From: a virus
Lineage: Duplodnaviria; Caudoviricetes
Strand: one strand, 5' to 3'
Virus record (IMG/VR): IMGVR_UViG_3300042508_000526
DNA length: 64,000 nucleotides
The position numbers and the translations under genes were made by a program. Every line of letters begins with the position of its first letter. Within the stretch, counting starts at the first letter, position 1. This document shows positions 9,688-19,574 of the stretch, piece by piece. The notes under the pieces were generated by a model, which was given only the letters and a program-made list of their open reading frames with translations, searched no databases and was not told the origin of the DNA.

Positions 9688-12600
9688 ATTGTTCTACCTA
9701 TAGCTGCTTGAAACGTTTGCATTGCTGTGTAATACGCCGAGACTTCTGCAGCCGTCAAAGCCGTGCCGAAAGAATAGCCGCCGAGTCGGCCATTGTGAAA
9801 AAGCGTCACACCGTTGCCGCCGTAAATAAGCCGCGCAAAAATGGCGATAGGTTCTGGCGAAAATGGATTAGCTTCGATAGTAGAGGTATTCGGCGTGCCG
9901 GCGGTCGTGTTGCGATAGGCCACGATATTGCTGCGCGAGGAACGCACAAATGTTAGCATTTCTGGCGCGGACCCGGCTGGCGCATTTGCAGTAGTACTAA
10001 AAGTGCTGTTTAAATACCCAGCGCGACCTATAGCTTCAATATTTACACTGTTTTGCGCGGACAAGCCAAAGTACGAGCCCTGTTGTGTGCTTTCTTCCAG
10101 CACGACAGCCATACCGTGAAGACTGTTCGCCGGCGTAATCATGTTGCCGCGTAAACCAGTATCTAAATACGGCCCCGTATTTGTACCGCTGGTTCCACGT
10201 AAGCCCGTGCTTTCAGTGTAGTTTGCGGCCACAAAAGCGGAACCGCCGTAATTTAAATTGATGTCAATAGAGTTGCCGTACAGTACGCCGTCGCCGGGGT
10301 GCGTGTAAAGCGGCGTTCGGCATGCAATTAGACCACCGCCGCAAAACAAATTAAGCCGATAAAACTTATTTCGAATGCCGGCGCTGTCTATTGCCTTGCA
10401 AAAATTAGATACGGCGGTCAGCGTCGCGGCACTCGCGTCGCCGCCTGCGTGCACGACGCGTGCATACCAATTTTGCGCTTCTGGATGCGCGGACGCGTAA
10501 GCTGAGTTGCTATCATTGCGGCCTAATTGCAATTGAAAGTTTTGCATGAGCCGGTTATATGCCGCCACTTCTGCTGCTGTTAAACCCAGACCCGCAGAGT
10601 ATGCGCCCATCGGATACGGGAACGCGCCGCCGGTATTAGCGCCGTTAGACCCGCCGACAACAGCCATCAAATACGGCGAAACATAGTTGGCTGTGGTCGT
10701 AGCGTTTGTGCCAGAAGATGCCCCGTCAACATACGCTGTTAGACTTGTAGCAGAAGTTCTGGAAGCAACCACAAAGTGCGCCCCGAGCGGCACGTTTGTG
10801 ACAGAAGCTAGATTTGTACCACTGATTGCGACGTTTAAATTAAATCCAGATGTCGTAGGTGCTTCGACTGACATACGAACTTGCTGGGAGTTTACCGTTT
10901 GTTCCGTGCCCGCAATTAAGCCGCCAATTGCGTATGCGGCACTAGACGGCGTTGTATTTACGCGAAAGAAAGATGCAAAGTGCGCATTTAACAGCGTAGG
11001 CAACTCATTGTAAAAAAAGCCTGTGTAAACCGTACGTGTGTTGCTCGCGCTAGAACCTGTTAGTCCAGTTGTGGTCAGCGCGCCAGACTCGACGTACTCG
11101 TTTGGGCTATTGTAAAACCCACTACCAACAAGTGATGCGCCGCTGGAGTAACTAGCTGTTCTGTCGTACGCGCCGCCGAAATTGCGATCTAGAGGAACAG
11201 GCCCGCAATACAGCGGCGTTAAGCACGCGGCAAGGTTATTACCGCAGAACAAATTCAGCCGATAAAACTTGCTGCGCAAACCCGCGGCGTTGACGCGGCG
11301 GCAAAATTCTGTAACGCAATCTGCCGTGTACTGGGAGATCGCGCCGGAGTTATAGTACGCGCGATCAATCCAATCTTGGACTTCTGGATGCGAAGACGTT
11401 GGTCGTGTCGCTCCCACGCCCCATTTATCGTTTAGATATTTGAAGACACGCATTAACTCAGTTGTCGTCAGCGCGCGATCATAGATAATGCACTCGGCGA
11501 TATCGCCAGTGAACACGCGAGACGGCACACCCGAACCAGTACGCCCGCCAACCTGCACGCGTGTGTGCGAACCTAACGCCACGCCTGTGCCAGTAAAATA
11601 TTCTTCGAGCCCACCGTCGCGATAAATATACGAGTTTTTCGTGTTTGCTTGCGTATAAACCGCCGCTACAGTCGTGAATACAGCGACGTGATTTGTGGTC
11701 GCGGTATTTGAAGAGGTCGTGGTATTCCCACCCGGGCCGTCAGCGATATATTGCGCGGCGTTAGAGTAAATACCCGGACCGCCTTCGCCGCCGGTCGAGT
11801 TACCGGTCGTGAGCACGCCGGCCACTGTTGAGATAGTCCCGCGATCGCGGCACGCAACAATAACTGTGGCGGGCGCCGTGGTTGTTCTGTCGGCTGCTGA
11901 CAATAAAGAGTCACCGCCGTCAAATGAAAGAACCGGCTTGCCGTTTTGGCGATTTAACACATAGGTCGGGCAGACGGAACTACCGCCGGCGTTAATTACG
12001 TGCTGATTCGCGCCGCTTTTATCCGCCCAGTACGCGACTGTTTGCCCGCTAGCTGTTACGGCAGTTGTTCCAGCGCTGTCTTGCTTTAACGAAGAAATAT
12101 CACTCGCATCTACCCAAAACGAACAGTTACTGATATCAGTAGGCGCTGTAATAGGCGCTACGGTCGTGGGCAGCGGGATGCCCCACTTGCGCGCCAAGTA
12201 GTCTTCGATATCTGTGACGGTTTTAGCCGGCAACGTGTCATTGAAAACCAAGATCTCAGCGACGTGCCCGGTGAAAAAATTTGAGTAATACCCGCCAGAG
12301 ATTACGCCGTTTCGCGCGCCGACACACTGCCCCTGCTGAGAACCGTCCAGCAGGCCACCGGCGCCAGACAATACAGTTGCGCGATTCGCCGCGGCTTTTA
12401 AGTTAAACGTGAAAAAATTCGTAACGGTAAACGTCGTGTCGTCGTATGTCACGCGCATAATAGCCGCGTTGTTTAAACCAGCGCCCGGCACAGAATTGTT
12501 AACCGCGCCTGAACTGGTTGCGCGTTTGAAATAAGAAAAATTACCTGCTGGCGTATAGCCAAACTCGACAGTCGGCACCCACGATATGCTACCAGTCGCC

Positions 12601-12968
12601 ATCGGGTAGTAATCAAAGAAGATGGATGTCGATCCGGGCGTAGCTGTCGGCACAATCACAAAGAACATCGTCCGCTTACCAAGTCCCGGTATCGTGGCGT
12701 TGCGCAGCACTGTATTTGTGCCGTTGAACGACAACACGGTGCGCCCGTTGTACGTCGCCAGCGCGGGTCCGTTACGCGGGCCGTCGAATGAGCCGGTACC
12801 GCGTGTAAACGCAAGTGCATTGCTGCTCTTGTCGAGCCACTGCGTAACCTGCCCCGACGACGTAGTAATCGTGCTGGGGTCATCAGCGTCCAGCCAAAGA
12901 GCAAGGCTAGAGAACATACGCGGGTCAAACGTGCCGCGCGTAATAGCTGGCAAAGCATTATTCGCCAC
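9684..12968 (-). CDS. large fibre/adhesin with repeated LamG/ConA-like domains
   Basis: GTG start with GAGG SD; two L(A/S).W.DA.D...W.DKS.N domains plus two HPE.Q.W...FC..I..AG.R.KFYRLNLFCG domains. Confidence 0.75.
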   Translation of the reverse strand: MANNALPAITRGTFDPRMFSSLALWLDADDPSTITTSSGQVTQWLDKSSNALAFTRGTGSFDGPRNGPALATYNGRTVLSFNGTNTVLRNATIPGLGKRTMFFVIVPTATPGSTSIFFDYYPMATGSISWVPTVEFGYTPAGNFSYFKRATSSGAVNNSVPGAGLNNAAIMRVTYDDTTFTVTNFFTFNLKAAANRATVLSGAGGLLDGSQQGQCVGARNGVISGGYYSNFFTGHVAEILVFNDTLPAKTVTDIEDYLARKWGIPLPTTVAPITAPTDISNCSFWVDASDISSLKQDSAGTTAVTASGQTVAYWADKSGANQHVINAGGSSVCPTYVLNRQNGKPVLSFDGGDSLLSAADRTTTAPATVIVACRDRGTISTVAGVLTTGNSTGGEGGPGIYSNAAQYIADGPGGNTTTSSNTATTNHVAVFTTVAAVYTQANTKNSYIYRDGGLEEYFTGTGVALGSHTRVQVGGRTGSGVPSRVFTGDIAECIIYDRALTTTELMRVFKYLNDKWGVGATRPTSSHPEVQDWIDRAYYNSGAISQYTADCVTEFCRRVNAAGLRSKFYRLNLFCGNNLAACLTPLYCGPVPLDRNFGGAYDRTASYSSGASLVGSGFYNSPNEYVESGALTTTGLTGSSASNTRTVYTGFFYNELPTLLNAHFASFFRVNTTPSSAAYAIGGLIAGTEQTVNSQQVRMSVEAPTTSGFNLNVAISGTNLASVTNVPLGAHFVVASRTSATSLTAYVDGASSGTNATTTANYVSPYLMAVVGGSNGANTGGAFPYPMGAYSAGLGLTAAEVAAYNRLMQNFQLQLGRNDSNSAYASAHPEAQNWYARVVHAGGDASAATLTAVSNFCKAIDSAGIRNKFYRLNLFCGGGLIACRTPLYTHPGDGVLYGNSIDINLNYGGSAFVAANYTESTGLRGTSGTNTGPYLDTGLRGNMITPANSLHGMAVVLEESTQQGSYFGLSAQNSVNIEAIGRAGYLNSTFSTTANAPAGSAPEMLTFVRSSRSNIVAYRNTTAGTPNTSTIEANPFSPEPIAIFARLIYGGNGVTLFHNGRLGGYSFGTALTAAEVSAYYTAMQTFQAAIGRTI

Positions 12969-12977
12969 AACGCCACC

Positions 12978-13427
12978 TCAAAGTTGTACAGCGTCGCGGA
13001 AAGCCTGATCAATTTGCTCCGCGGTAAAACCTAACGCCGCACCCAATGTAGCAATCATCGGGTGTTTGCGCTCTACGTATGGCGCATATTCCCACTCGAC
13101 ACGAACGACATCGCGCTCCAGCGGGTCGGCAATGTTATCAATAACTGTTTCAACCGCGGCCAAAGAAATGCCGTGTGTAACAAGCCACATGCGAATTTGC
13201 CGCGCGCTAATCTGCTGCGGAACAGGGCCGAGTTCTGGCGGCGCCCACTCCCACCCGGCGGGCAGGTCTGTATCGGCCACAAGCGTAAGCCCTTCGCCCG
13301 GCTCCCAGCCGTCGGGATAGTCTCCGCGCACGAACGTTACAACTTTGCCGTCACTTGCACGCACTACAGCGTAAGAAGTCGGCTGCGGAGCCGGCTCTGG
13401 CACAACTTCGTTTGCTTCTTCGCTCAT
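12978..13427 (-). CDS. tail-fibre assembly chaperone-like protein
   Basis: PQQISARQIRMWL...VEWEYAPYVER.HP....LGAALG.T.EQID..F motif typical of proteins downstream of phage fibres; start moved to MSEEAN. Confidence 0.65.
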   Translation of the reverse strand: MSEEANEVVPEPAPQPTSYAVVRASDGKVVTFVRGDYPDGWEPGEGLTLVADTDLPAGWEWAPPELGPVPQQISARQIRMWLVTHGISLAAVETVIDNIADPLERDVVRVEWEYAPYVERKHPMIATLGAALGFTAEQIDQAFRDAVQL

Positions 13428-13437
13428 TGTTGCCCTT

Positions 13438-14694
13438 TCAATACCAAACTGTAATACGCACGAAACCGTTTCCGCCATTGCCGCCGGCGCCACTGGCATT
13501 GCCGTTTAAACAGCCGCCGCCACCGCCACCGCCGCCACCCGGAAAACCGCCAGTACCGCCGAATCCGCCCGGGCCGGCATTATTGCCGCCGCCGCCGGAG
13601 CCGCCAGAGCACCAACGACCGAAATAGGTAACGCCCGCGGAGCCGTTGCCGCCGCCGGCTGATCCGCCGGTAGGGCCGGCGTTAGCGCCCAGCATAATCG
13701 GGATAGTGCCGGCATTGCCGCCAGCGTAGTGATTATTAGACGCGTCTGCGCCCCCACCGCCGCCGCCATTACCGTTGCCGGCTGTGGCGTATGACCCAAA
13801 TGCTCCGGCGGCATTAGAAGCGCCCGTTAAAGACGAACCCGCTACCAAATTTTGAAACTGGGACGCCCACGCATTGTCTCCCCCGCTTACTGTTGCAGCG
13901 GTCGTACCGCCGGTACCGCCGGTGCAGTGCCAACCAAGTGCTACATATACGCCGTTAATACTTACAAAAGAGCCGCCAGAGCTGCCCCCGGCGTTGCCGT
14001 TTGTATCGTCTGTCGTTACAGAGGCTCCGCCAGCACCGCCGGCGCCAACAGTCACACTGCACACAAGCGTAGGCAAGTCACTCGCGCGATAAGTCAATTC
14101 TGTCCAACCACCAGCGTGACCAGCTCCGCCGCCACAACGCGCAGTTCCAGCCGCGCCACGACGGCCAGAACCGCCGCCACTACCGCCGCCATGCGCAAGA
14201 AAAGTTACATAGCGGGCGGCCGACGGGATAGACCACGTGTACGCGCCGTTACTTCCCGATGCGTCAGCCGGAGCACTTGTACGCGTAAAGTCATATATCA
14301 CGGCTTGCGAGCCCGCAATTTTAACGACACCGCCAGTACGCCAACGGGAACTTGTGCCGTCATAAATCAGCGAAAGGCTGTCATTCGGCGCAAGAGTAAC
14401 GTCAGAACCAGTGGCGCTCGTTACACGATTCGCTGTGGTGCTGCTTAGAGACTCGTGGGCGATGCGGATATCAAAAACGCCTACGTTGCAGATAGTTGCC
14501 ACAGCGCCATCAATACCCGCAACAAAACCCGTAATAGTGCGCGTCGAATCTGACGAGAGCCGGACGACGTCTGTGCTCGCCGGTAAGGCGTAATTGTTCT
14601 GGTCCGCCACAATTTGTGCCGGAGAACTAATTGCTGCCCGCGTGTTGACTAAAGCTTTGCCGCCAAAATCAACGGTGCCGTATACGCTAGACAT
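13438..14694 (-). CDS. glycine-rich fibre-associated protein
   Basis: N-terminal beta domain, then GGGSGGGSGRRG...GGGGGGGG...GGNGGNGFVRITVW Gly-rich domain. Confidence 0.75.
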   Translation of the reverse strand: MSSVYGTVDFGGKALVNTRAAISSPAQIVADQNNYALPASTDVVRLSSDSTRTITGFVAGIDGAVATICNVGVFDIRIAHESLSSTTANRVTSATGSDVTLAPNDSLSLIYDGTSSRWRTGGVVKIAGSQAVIYDFTRTSAPADASGSNGAYTWSIPSAARYVTFLAHGGGSGGGSGRRGAAGTARCGGGAGHAGGWTELTYRASDLPTLVCSVTVGAGGAGGASVTTDDTNGNAGGSSGGSFVSINGVYVALGWHCTGGTGGTTAATVSGGDNAWASQFQNLVAGSSLTGASNAAGAFGSYATAGNGNGGGGGGADASNNHYAGGNAGTIPIMLGANAGPTGGSAGGGNGSAGVTYFGRWCSGGSGGGGNNAGPGGFGGTGGFPGGGGGGGGGCLNGNASGAGGNGGNGFVRITVWY

Positions 14695-14701
14695 TATTTA
14701 A

Positions 14702-15040
14702 TCACTCCGCGGGCGTTTCGGGTTCCGGCGGCGGCGCGTACACGACGCCTTGCTGCTGCCCGACTTTCATAACATAAGACAACAAACCAACGACGACAGC
14801 ACCTAGTTCAGGATCTGTTTGCGCTGCGCTAAGGAGTCCGGGAACGTCGAGTGTTTGGGTTTCACCCGACAACTCCGCATTGCCATTTTCATCTGTGCGA
14901 AATTTGCCAAGCACTACGTGCGCATTTGCGTCGCCGTTCGGACTGGGTGCCTGAATGAGAATCGTCTGCACCCACCATTTATCAAACACTTTAGCGGGCA
15001 CTTCTGTGGGCTGCGCGGCGACAAGAACGGGAATAGACAT
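14702..15040 (-). CDS. hypothetical protein
   Basis: AGGAG SD; 112-aa ORF inside the structural block. Confidence 0.7.
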   Translation of the reverse strand: MSIPVLVAAQPTEVPAKVFDKWWVQTILIQAPSPNGDANAHVVLGKFRTDENGNAELSGETQTLDVPGLLSAAQTDPELGAVVVGLLSYVMKVGQQQGVVYAPPPEPETPAE

Positions 15041-15088
15041 ATTAAACTCCTACAGGTAGGTATATCTTACACAATTTTGCGAGAGGCA

Positions 15089-18085
15089 CTAGACGCGTCC
15101 GATAGCCATTCTGAAATTTTGAAAAGCCGTCGCGAGAGCCGCCGCTTGTGTGTCGTCTAGCCCCAGCCCGACAGAATAATCTGCAATCCGGCCGGGCCAC
15201 GATTCGTACGGGCTAGATTCAACACCGGTGCCGTCGGTTGTGTCGTAAAAGCTCGTGCCAGAAGCTAACCGCGTTTTGGTATTTAAATACGTCGTCGTAT
15301 TAATTAGCGACTGCGCGCCATATACACCGTTTACATATCCGCGAACACTCGTGTTGCTTGTGCGCGAAATGACGTAATTACGGAACACGTTATCAAACGC
15401 CATAGTGGTAAAACTTACGCCGCTGCTGACGGTGCCTGTCACCTGCCCGCTAGCGGCAACAGAAAAACCGTACGTGCCACCAGTGCCGTTAACGTTTTGA
15501 AACGTGGCTAGCGTGCGCCGATTGCCCGTCCACGTAGCGTTCGCCGCAATCGTCGTTGCCATGTGAACGTTTGTCAGATCAGACAAGACGTTTTTAATCG
15601 GCTTGTTTGACAGCACTAGATGCTTTGTGCCGGAAGTCGTGTTGGCGTTGAAGCCGCCATTTAGCGTGTAGTCAGCGGTTGTGTAGCCAGTATTGACATC
15701 AAGCAAGCCGCCGTGGGCATGCGGCGCGTACGCAGTTAAAGAACCAACTTCCAGCTGCGCGCCCCAAAAATACGTACCCGCGCCAACAACGCCGGGATGA
15801 GACGATTCGGTCGGCAGCGTCGTGCCGACAATGTACATCGGCCGGTCGTTTGTGGCTGTAGTGTTCGTTGCTGTAATCGAGCACCGCCACCAGCCGTTGC
15901 CCGCAGCAGTAATCGTCGGGGAAGGGGCGGGCCCGAATGTGCCTGAGACGGCTCCCGTGTCCAAATCGAAGTACGCGCCGGTGTTTTGCCCCACATAAAG
16001 ATTGAGCTGCGCGTAACGCAGATCTTTTTTCTTGATGTAGCAGCTCAGCGTATACGTTGTACTCGCGGCAAGATCGACGTTTTGCCGCACGCCATAGTTG
16101 TTCGTCACCGTGTTGTTTTCAATAAACAGGTCGGCCGTCAGCGTGCCGTTCGGAGCCGCGATCGCATTTTGCGTAACCGTGCCGTTGACGATTAACCAAC
16201 GCGAGAAGTTTTCATTCAAACCGAGAATGTTTTTTGTCGCCCAACCGTTTACAGGGCCGGCATACAGCGGCACAACGGCGGCATTGATATTAGCACCCGC
16301 GCATAAATTCAATCTGTAAATCTTGTCGCGCAGATCGGCGGCGTCGATTTCTCTACAAAAATTAGCTACAGCGCTAAGCGTGGTTTCGTCCGCCGCGCCA
16401 CCATTTGCAACCACGCGCTGATACCAACTTTGCGCGTCAGCGTGTAAGTCAAGGCGGCTATCAAACGACCGTCCAAGCGCCCGCTGAAAAGTTTGCATAA
16501 TCGTGCTGTAGGTTGCGGCTTCAGCCGCTGTAAAATTTGTCCCAACAGAATACGCACGTAAACAGCTGCTGGGGTTTTGCGCCGATGCCGCGGCGTTTAC
16601 GGCATACACAATAATGTTTGACGCATTTGTAGCCTGCGGCGACAAGTTATTAGTGGCGCTCGCGGCAACTGCGCCATTTTTGTACAGCGCTGCTTGCGTA
16701 GCGTTGTTTGAGCCGATCCAAAACGCCTCACTGGTATTATTTACCGGATCTGTTACATACGACACGGACGCACCCAACCCAGAATACCGAACAGTGGTTG
16801 GAGGACTGCCGTAGGCTATAAACCAGTCAGTGGTGACGCCGGACGTGACAGATGAGATGAGCGTAGCGTAAGAGTTTGTCGGTAGCGGCGGCGCTTCATA
16901 AACAGCCAAGTGCCGGTCATTTGTCGCGGCTGTGTTTTGCGGTAATCCGGTATTGATATAAGCGCTGTTCAATACGCCTAACAAACCGCCAGCCACGCCC
17001 GAGCTTTGATAATTTGTCGTCGGGAAATTTGTTGCCGCGTCAATTTCACTGCCGTACTGTGTTTCCGCTAATGATTGTCCGCGATACAAGGGCACAAGCG
17101 CGGCGTTCAAACTATCGCCGCACATAAGATTCAGGCGATAAAACTTTGTTCGCAAACTCGCGGCCTCAATCGCGGAACAGAACGTAGAAACAGCTGTGGC
17201 GGTTTGCGGAGAAACCGTACTACCGTTAACGTATGCGCGATTGATCCAGTTTTGCGCTTCTGCATTAGTGACCTGCGGCGCCATTTGTACATTATGTTTG
17301 CTGGTTAAGTAATTCCGAACAGCAGTGATTTGCGCAGTTGTTAACGCGGAAGAAAACAACAGCACTTCTTTATACTCACCGTCGCCGGGATAGTTGTAGA
17401 TGCCCGCTGTTGTTAGATGGCCGCCAATTCCCGGTACAACAGTAGCGTTTTGCTGCGCGATACTAGACGCAGTCGCAGAATATGTAGGCGCGCCGTTTAA
17501 AAAATACGACTCTACGTTGTTTATCGTGCGTTGATTGTGCGCTTCGTGCAAAGTTAAGTCTGTTCTATGTTGAACGCCGACTATAGACAGCCGCCCGCTC
17601 CGCGCAAATGACGTGAAGTACGTGTTAGTCGTCCACGGATGATGATTAGGAAAAGCGCCGGTGTCGCCGACAAAACTGTGGAGCGCACCGAAAGGGGTCG
17701 CGTCTGTTCGGCGCGCGACGATGAATAAAGACGCGCCGGAACTATTCAGCGTAATTTGCGGCGCAACTAAAAAATCTGACGAAAAAACAGTTGCGGTGCC
17801 AGCTGCAGCCGCGGTGTTATAAGTTGGTTTGCGCGCGTTGTCTGTTTGCGTCAAATGTTTGCTGTTACCGCTACGATCTTGCACAAAACCAACAGCAGAC
17901 CCGTTTACAACAGCCCCGGTGCCGTCGTTGTTTTGTTTTAAGTAATCGCTATTCGAAAAGTCCCACCAGCCGGCCAAACCCGGAATCTCAGCGGGGCTGA
18001 ACGTTTTAGATATCTTTGAGCGGGCGCCGCTTAAAGCAGTCGTTTGCCCGCCCGAAATAACGTTGTTGATTTTTATGATGCCCAT
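15089..18085 (-). CDS. large fibre/adhesin, paralogue of 9684-12968
   Basis: One LamG-like domain and two KFYRLNL-type domains, plus an inserted CBM-like domain; start moved to MGIIKINN, 1 nt after the upstream stop. Confidence 0.75.
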   Translation of the reverse strand: MGIIKINNVISGGQTTALSGARSKISKTFSPAEIPGLAGWWDFSNSDYLKQNNDGTGAVVNGSAVGFVQDRSGNSKHLTQTDNARKPTYNTAAAAGTATVFSSDFLVAPQITLNSSGASLFIVARRTDATPFGALHSFVGDTGAFPNHHPWTTNTYFTSFARSGRLSIVGVQHRTDLTLHEAHNQRTINNVESYFLNGAPTYSATASSIAQQNATVVPGIGGHLTTAGIYNYPGDGEYKEVLLFSSALTTAQITAVRNYLTSKHNVQMAPQVTNAEAQNWINRAYVNGSTVSPQTATAVSTFCSAIEAASLRTKFYRLNLMCGDSLNAALVPLYRGQSLAETQYGSEIDAATNFPTTNYQSSGVAGGLLGVLNSAYINTGLPQNTAATNDRHLAVYEAPPLPTNSYATLISSVTSGVTTDWFIAYGSPPTTVRYSGLGASVSYVTDPVNNTSEAFWIGSNNATQAALYKNGAVAASATNNLSPQATNASNIIVYAVNAAASAQNPSSCLRAYSVGTNFTAAEAATYSTIMQTFQRALGRSFDSRLDLHADAQSWYQRVVANGGAADETTLSAVANFCREIDAADLRDKIYRLNLCAGANINAAVVPLYAGPVNGWATKNILGLNENFSRWLIVNGTVTQNAIAAPNGTLTADLFIENNTVTNNYGVRQNVDLAASTTYTLSCYIKKKDLRYAQLNLYVGQNTGAYFDLDTGAVSGTFGPAPSPTITAAGNGWWRCSITATNTTATNDRPMYIVGTTLPTESSHPGVVGAGTYFWGAQLEVGSLTAYAPHAHGGLLDVNTGYTTADYTLNGGFNANTTSGTKHLVLSNKPIKNVLSDLTNVHMATTIAANATWTGNRRTLATFQNVNGTGGTYGFSVAASGQVTGTVSSGVSFTTMAFDNVFRNYVISRTSNTSVRGYVNGVYGAQSLINTTTYLNTKTRLASGTSFYDTTDGTGVESSPYESWPGRIADYSVGLGLDDTQAAALATAFQNFRMAIGRV

Positions 18086-18086
18086 A

Positions 18087-19559
18087 TTACACCAACGTAA
18101 TCTTCCATTTGTTGGCCAGATAACGCTCAACTATACGGCACTCGTTACTGCTGAGTACGCGGCTAAAAGCCAACAACTCAAATGGACGGCCAACCAAAAA
18201 CTGTTCGTTTGCCAGCGGTACAGTCCCGACTGCAAACGTGTCAGAAGTATAGGCCACCAGTGCCGGTGTTGGCGTCGTAGATACAGACTGCGCGCCATTT
18301 AAACGTATTGTTACGTTATTTGTGCTGGGATTGATTGCCCATGTCGTGATGCCTGTTCTGTTTTGCGCGGAAACACCAGTGGAGACAGCGGCAGTATAAA
18401 CGTCTAAACCAATTTGAGTGCTGCCAGAACCCATTACCCAACGTTTTCCAGCCGCACTGTCACCGACAGCGAATAACGAAGAAAAATTTACGCCCCCCGA
18501 GAAATATGCTGCGCACAACGTCATACCGTTTTTAAACACTTGCGCGCCCGTACCAGACAACCACTGATTTGTGCCGTTGAGCGATATGGTCGCGCCGCCG
18601 GGCTGATAGTTAGACAGCAGAGGTTTAGACGCCGCGGTTGCTTGTGTAGCGTGCCTAGAATTACCAGATTTATCGCCCCAGTAGCCCACTGCCGTCCCGG
18701 GGTACGCGCTGTCGGCACTTGGGACGTTCCACTTGGCACTCAGGTACTTTTCAATCCGGCGTCGCTCCGCATCTGTGACCGCGCGGTTATACAAAATGAC
18801 CTCATGGATTTTGCCGCTGCCGTGCGTGCCCCCCGTGACCAGCACGCCAAAACCCGCTGTGGTCGAATACAGGTCGTCAGGGTCAAACGTCGCCGATAAT
18901 AGCCCGTTGCCGTACGTGCTAACAGAACTCGTGCTCGCAAAAATAAGCGAGCTTAAAAAGCGCCCGGTCTTTGCGTTAGCTGCCGTATTGACATTGTTTA
19001 CAGTACCAGCCTGCGTCGCGAAGTATTGCGTAGTCGGATTAACGTTTTGCCCGGCTACATAAACTGCTGCATTTGTTGTACGCCCGCAAACCCTGCCGTT
19101 GGTAACCTCGCCAAACTCGCTATGCACGATAAACCAAGATTGCGCCGTAGTAGCCGGCACGCTGGCGTTGTGCAACCACTTAGCTTGTGCGCTTTGCGTA
19201 ATGAAATAATCGCTGTACACACTGCGCACGGGCTGATTGTTGTCTGTCTTGACCGCTAACTCTGGTCGGCTTGCCGTATTTGTCGCCACCATGTGATAGC
19301 CGTTGCCAGACTTATCAGCCCAGTAGCCGATCTTGTTGCCGGTAACGAAAACGTTACCAGTGCCGCCGGTATTCTGCTTTAGCGTGCTTAAATCGTTGGC
19401 GTCGTACCACGCTAAACAACCAGATATATCTGTCGGCGCGGCGACTGCTGTCACACGCCCGGCAGGATCTTGACTGAGCGTGCTCAAATCGGCGGCGTCG
19501 AGCCACAGCGCCAGATTAGAGATGTTCCGCGGGTCAAACGGCGCCGAAAGAAAAGACAT
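18087..19559 (-). CDS. fibre/adhesin with LamG-like domains
   Basis: FDPRNISNLALWLDAADLSTL and PTDISGCLAWYDANDLSTLKQ modules match those in 9684-12968. Confidence 0.75.
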   Translation of the reverse strand: MSFLSAPFDPRNISNLALWLDAADLSTLSQDPAGRVTAVAAPTDISGCLAWYDANDLSTLKQNTGGTGNVFVTGNKIGYWADKSGNGYHMVATNTASRPELAVKTDNNQPVRSVYSDYFITQSAQAKWLHNASVPATTAQSWFIVHSEFGEVTNGRVCGRTTNAAVYVAGQNVNPTTQYFATQAGTVNNVNTAANAKTGRFLSSLIFASTSSVSTYGNGLLSATFDPDDLYSTTAGFGVLVTGGTHGSGKIHEVILYNRAVTDAERRRIEKYLSAKWNVPSADSAYPGTAVGYWGDKSGNSRHATQATAASKPLLSNYQPGGATISLNGTNQWLSGTGAQVFKNGMTLCAAYFSGGVNFSSLFAVGDSAAGKRWVMGSGSTQIGLDVYTAAVSTGVSAQNRTGITTWAINPSTNNVTIRLNGAQSVSTTPTPALVAYTSDTFAVGTVPLANEQFLVGRPFELLAFSRVLSSNECRIVERYLANKWKITLV

Positions 19560-19574
19560 GTGTGTGCCGCCTCG

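Noticed and set aside
13438-14694. CCG/GCC-rich DNA as a non-coding repeat or G-quadruplex element
   Set aside because: Fully explained by Gly codons of the Gly-rich protein.
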